Source: an uncultured delta proteobacterium (lineage in GTDB: Bacteria > Desulfobacterota > Binatia > UBA9968). From it: 64,000 nt of DNA. The notes below the pieces were generated by a model. That model was not told the DNA's origin. It saw only the letters and a list, made by a program, of their open reading frames with translations, and searched no databases. The stretch lies in NCBI GenBank assembly GCA_963847445.1, contig CAWJZV010000016.1, positions 1 through 64,000 on the forward strand, in the 5' to 3' direction. This document shows positions 62,176 to 64,000 of the stretch, one piece after another (the stretch's first letter is position 1; each line of letters opens with the position of its first letter). The position numbers and the translations under genes were made by a program.

Positions 62176-62572
62176 CGCTTAAAGCGATGCTGTTGTCGAG
62201 GAATGCGTCGACAACTCGTCGGTCAACGGTTCCAGCGCGAGCGCCGGCGCAGGTTATACTCAAGACCTCCTACGCCTCCGCCGGTGCCACCAACGCGATC
62301 TGGAACCTTGCCAAGGAGCGCGGCAGCGACAAAAAGCGTGGCCTCGATGTCGAAGTTGTTTACATCGGCGTGCTAATTTGGATGAAGCCTACCGCGCCAG
62401 CGCAAAGATTCTCGAGCGAAGTCAATATAAAACCCGCGCGGGGATGAGACTCAAACTGGAGCAAGCGCGGGCGGCCAATCCGGCAAGCACACTCAGCGTC
62501 GACGATCTCGTTGACGACAGCATCGTGCGCGAGATAGAAAAGGAAGGCTTCATCGACCGGCTCTATCGCTGA
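62172..62572 (+). pseudogene. Internally deleted NMT1-like solute-binding protein
   Basis: N-terminal AKERG..KRGLDVEVVYI joined to C-terminal DDSIVREIEKEGFIDRLYR. Confidence 0.6.
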
Positions 62573-62580
62573 GAGGAACC

Positions 62581-63576
62581 ATGAAAACTATCCTAAAGGA
62601 CAACCGAGATCTCGCAGCGCGAGCTATCTTAATATTGGTCCTAGCGGTCCTATCCGTCCGATTCTCCAATGCCCACGCCCAAGAACTAAAAAAAGTCCGC
62701 ATGGGCTATCCCGGCTTTCAGTCTGACCTTTCTGACTTTCTTCGTCGCCAAGGATGCCGGCATCTTCAAAAAGCACGGCCTCGATGTCGATCTGGTCCAG
62801 CTCGCCGGCGCGGTGCAGACTTCGGCGTTGGTCTCCGGCGAGATCGACTACCTGACCGGCATCACCGGCCCGCTGGTCGCCGCCGCGCGCGGCCTGCCGT
62901 TCAAGGGCATCATGGTCACCCATGACCGCACGCTGTTCTGGCTAATCGGCAATCCCGACATCCGCCGCGCCGAAGACCTCGTCGGCAAGACTGTCGCCGT
63001 CGATCGCTTGGCGACGTTGCAAGACATCGTCGCCCGCGATTTGATCAAACGCAAAGGCGTCAATCCCGATCAAGTGACCTACATTCAAACCGGCTCGGTG
63101 TCGAATAGCGTCCAGTCGCTCAGCCAGGGCAGCGTCGCCGCCGCCGTGCTGTCGCTGCCGCACAACGTCGTCATGGTGCAAAAGGGCTATCGCGAGATCG
63201 CCTCGGCGCCGGAGTTCAACCTGCGCTCCGCCTCCGGCGGCATGGCCACCCATGAAACGAAATTGAAGAAAGGACCCCGCTGGTGTGAAGACGGTGATCC
63301 GCGCGGTCTTCGAAGCGATGGATTTCAACCGCAAAGAAAAAACCTGGATGGTGAATTACATTCCAGAACAAATGGAAGATCCCAGCGAAGGTCGCCGAGG
63401 AGTCTTATAAATCCTGGCTCAACGGTTTCACCACGGACGGCAAGATCCCGATCAAAGAGTTGCAGGACATTTACGATCAGGCGTTCGCGGCAAAATTGAT
63501 TCCGACTCCCGTGCCGGCGGCGCAGGTCATGGACTATTCACTGACCGATGAAGTATTCAAGGAAAAGAGGAATTAA
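62581..63576 (+). CDS. ABC-type solute-binding protein, NMT1-like (frameshifted)
   Basis: Signal peptide; AKDAGIFKKHGLDVD, DLVGKTVAV; ends FKEKRN*. Confidence 0.8.
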
Positions 63577-63577
63577 G

Positions 63578-64000
63578 ATGGCGACTCAAGCATTTGTCGA
63601 TTCATTGATCAAAGAGATCATCCAGCCCGGCGTCGACCAGTTGGTCGAACTGCCCTACTTCACCGAGCTGCGCACCGGCAAGTTGTCGACGAAACGATTG
63701 CAGGGCTGGGCGTTGCAGCATTACTTGCACAATCATGCGCTGCTCAAAGGCTTCGCGCTCTGCATGGTCAAGAACAGCCACGATCCCGACCTGTTCAAAT
63801 ATTTTCTCTATCAGATGAACGAGGAACAGTATCACCCCGATCTGGCGAAAAAGTTCGGCCTGGAGATCGGCCTGCAAGAAGCAGATTTTCACACCGCGAC
63901 GCCGATCTTCGAGTGCCTGGCGCACACCAGCAAGACCATCCACGGCATGCTGCTCGGCTCGGCGCCGGAGAACCGCGCCTCGGCGCTGGTTAACGAAACC
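63578..64000 (+). CDS. TenA/PqqC-like heme-oxygenase-fold protein (3' partial)
   Basis: MATQAFVDSL..PYFTELRTGKL..WALQHY..NEEQYH; open to the window end and absent from the ORF track. Confidence 0.75.
   Translation, partial: MATQAFVDSLIKEIIQPGVDQLVELPYFTELRTGKLSTKRLQGWALQHYLHNHALLKGFALCMVKNSHDPDLFKYFLYQMNEEQYHPDLAKKFGLEIGLQEADFHTATPIFECLAHTSKTIHGMLLGSAPENRASALVNET

Noticed and set aside
1-64000. Mass pseudogenisation
   Set aside because: Frameshifted genes keep intact motifs and lack accumulated in-frame stops, which fits sequencing indels better. Read polishing would decide.

Overview
This is a GC-rich bacterial window. Its gene content (many stand-alone NMT1/SsuA-like and Bug/TctC solute-binding proteins, LLM oxidoreductases, amidohydrolases, GTAG-type REP repeats) resembles Candidatus Binatia or related deltaproteobacterial genomes; that taxonomy is inference only. 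Many genes carry single-base frameshifts, probably long-read or assembly indels. The standout is a ~6.9 kb redox island at 39103-45955 that the ORF track breaks into fragments. Six of its genes have an in-frame TGA exactly at a catalytic Cys position: three AhpD-like (CxxU-xxx-H), two peroxiredoxin-like (WUPYC) and one OsmC-like. Each TGA is followed by a SECIS-like hairpin with a G in the loop, so these are six predicted selenoproteins. They cluster with a short cobalamin/2x[4Fe-4S] reductive-dehalogenase-like protein, a Sec-less AhpD-like paralog, a Cys-type OsmC paralog and a GntR/UTRA regulator. A 34-bp element (31/34 identical) sits in both divergent promoter regions. Other features: a diverged 3.2-kb tandem duplication (26544-32979), a RAYT transposase with its REPs, three type II toxin-antitoxin pairs, and an operon of paired paralogs (57-64 kb). 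No rRNA, tRNA (including selC), selABD genes or CRISPR array was seen.
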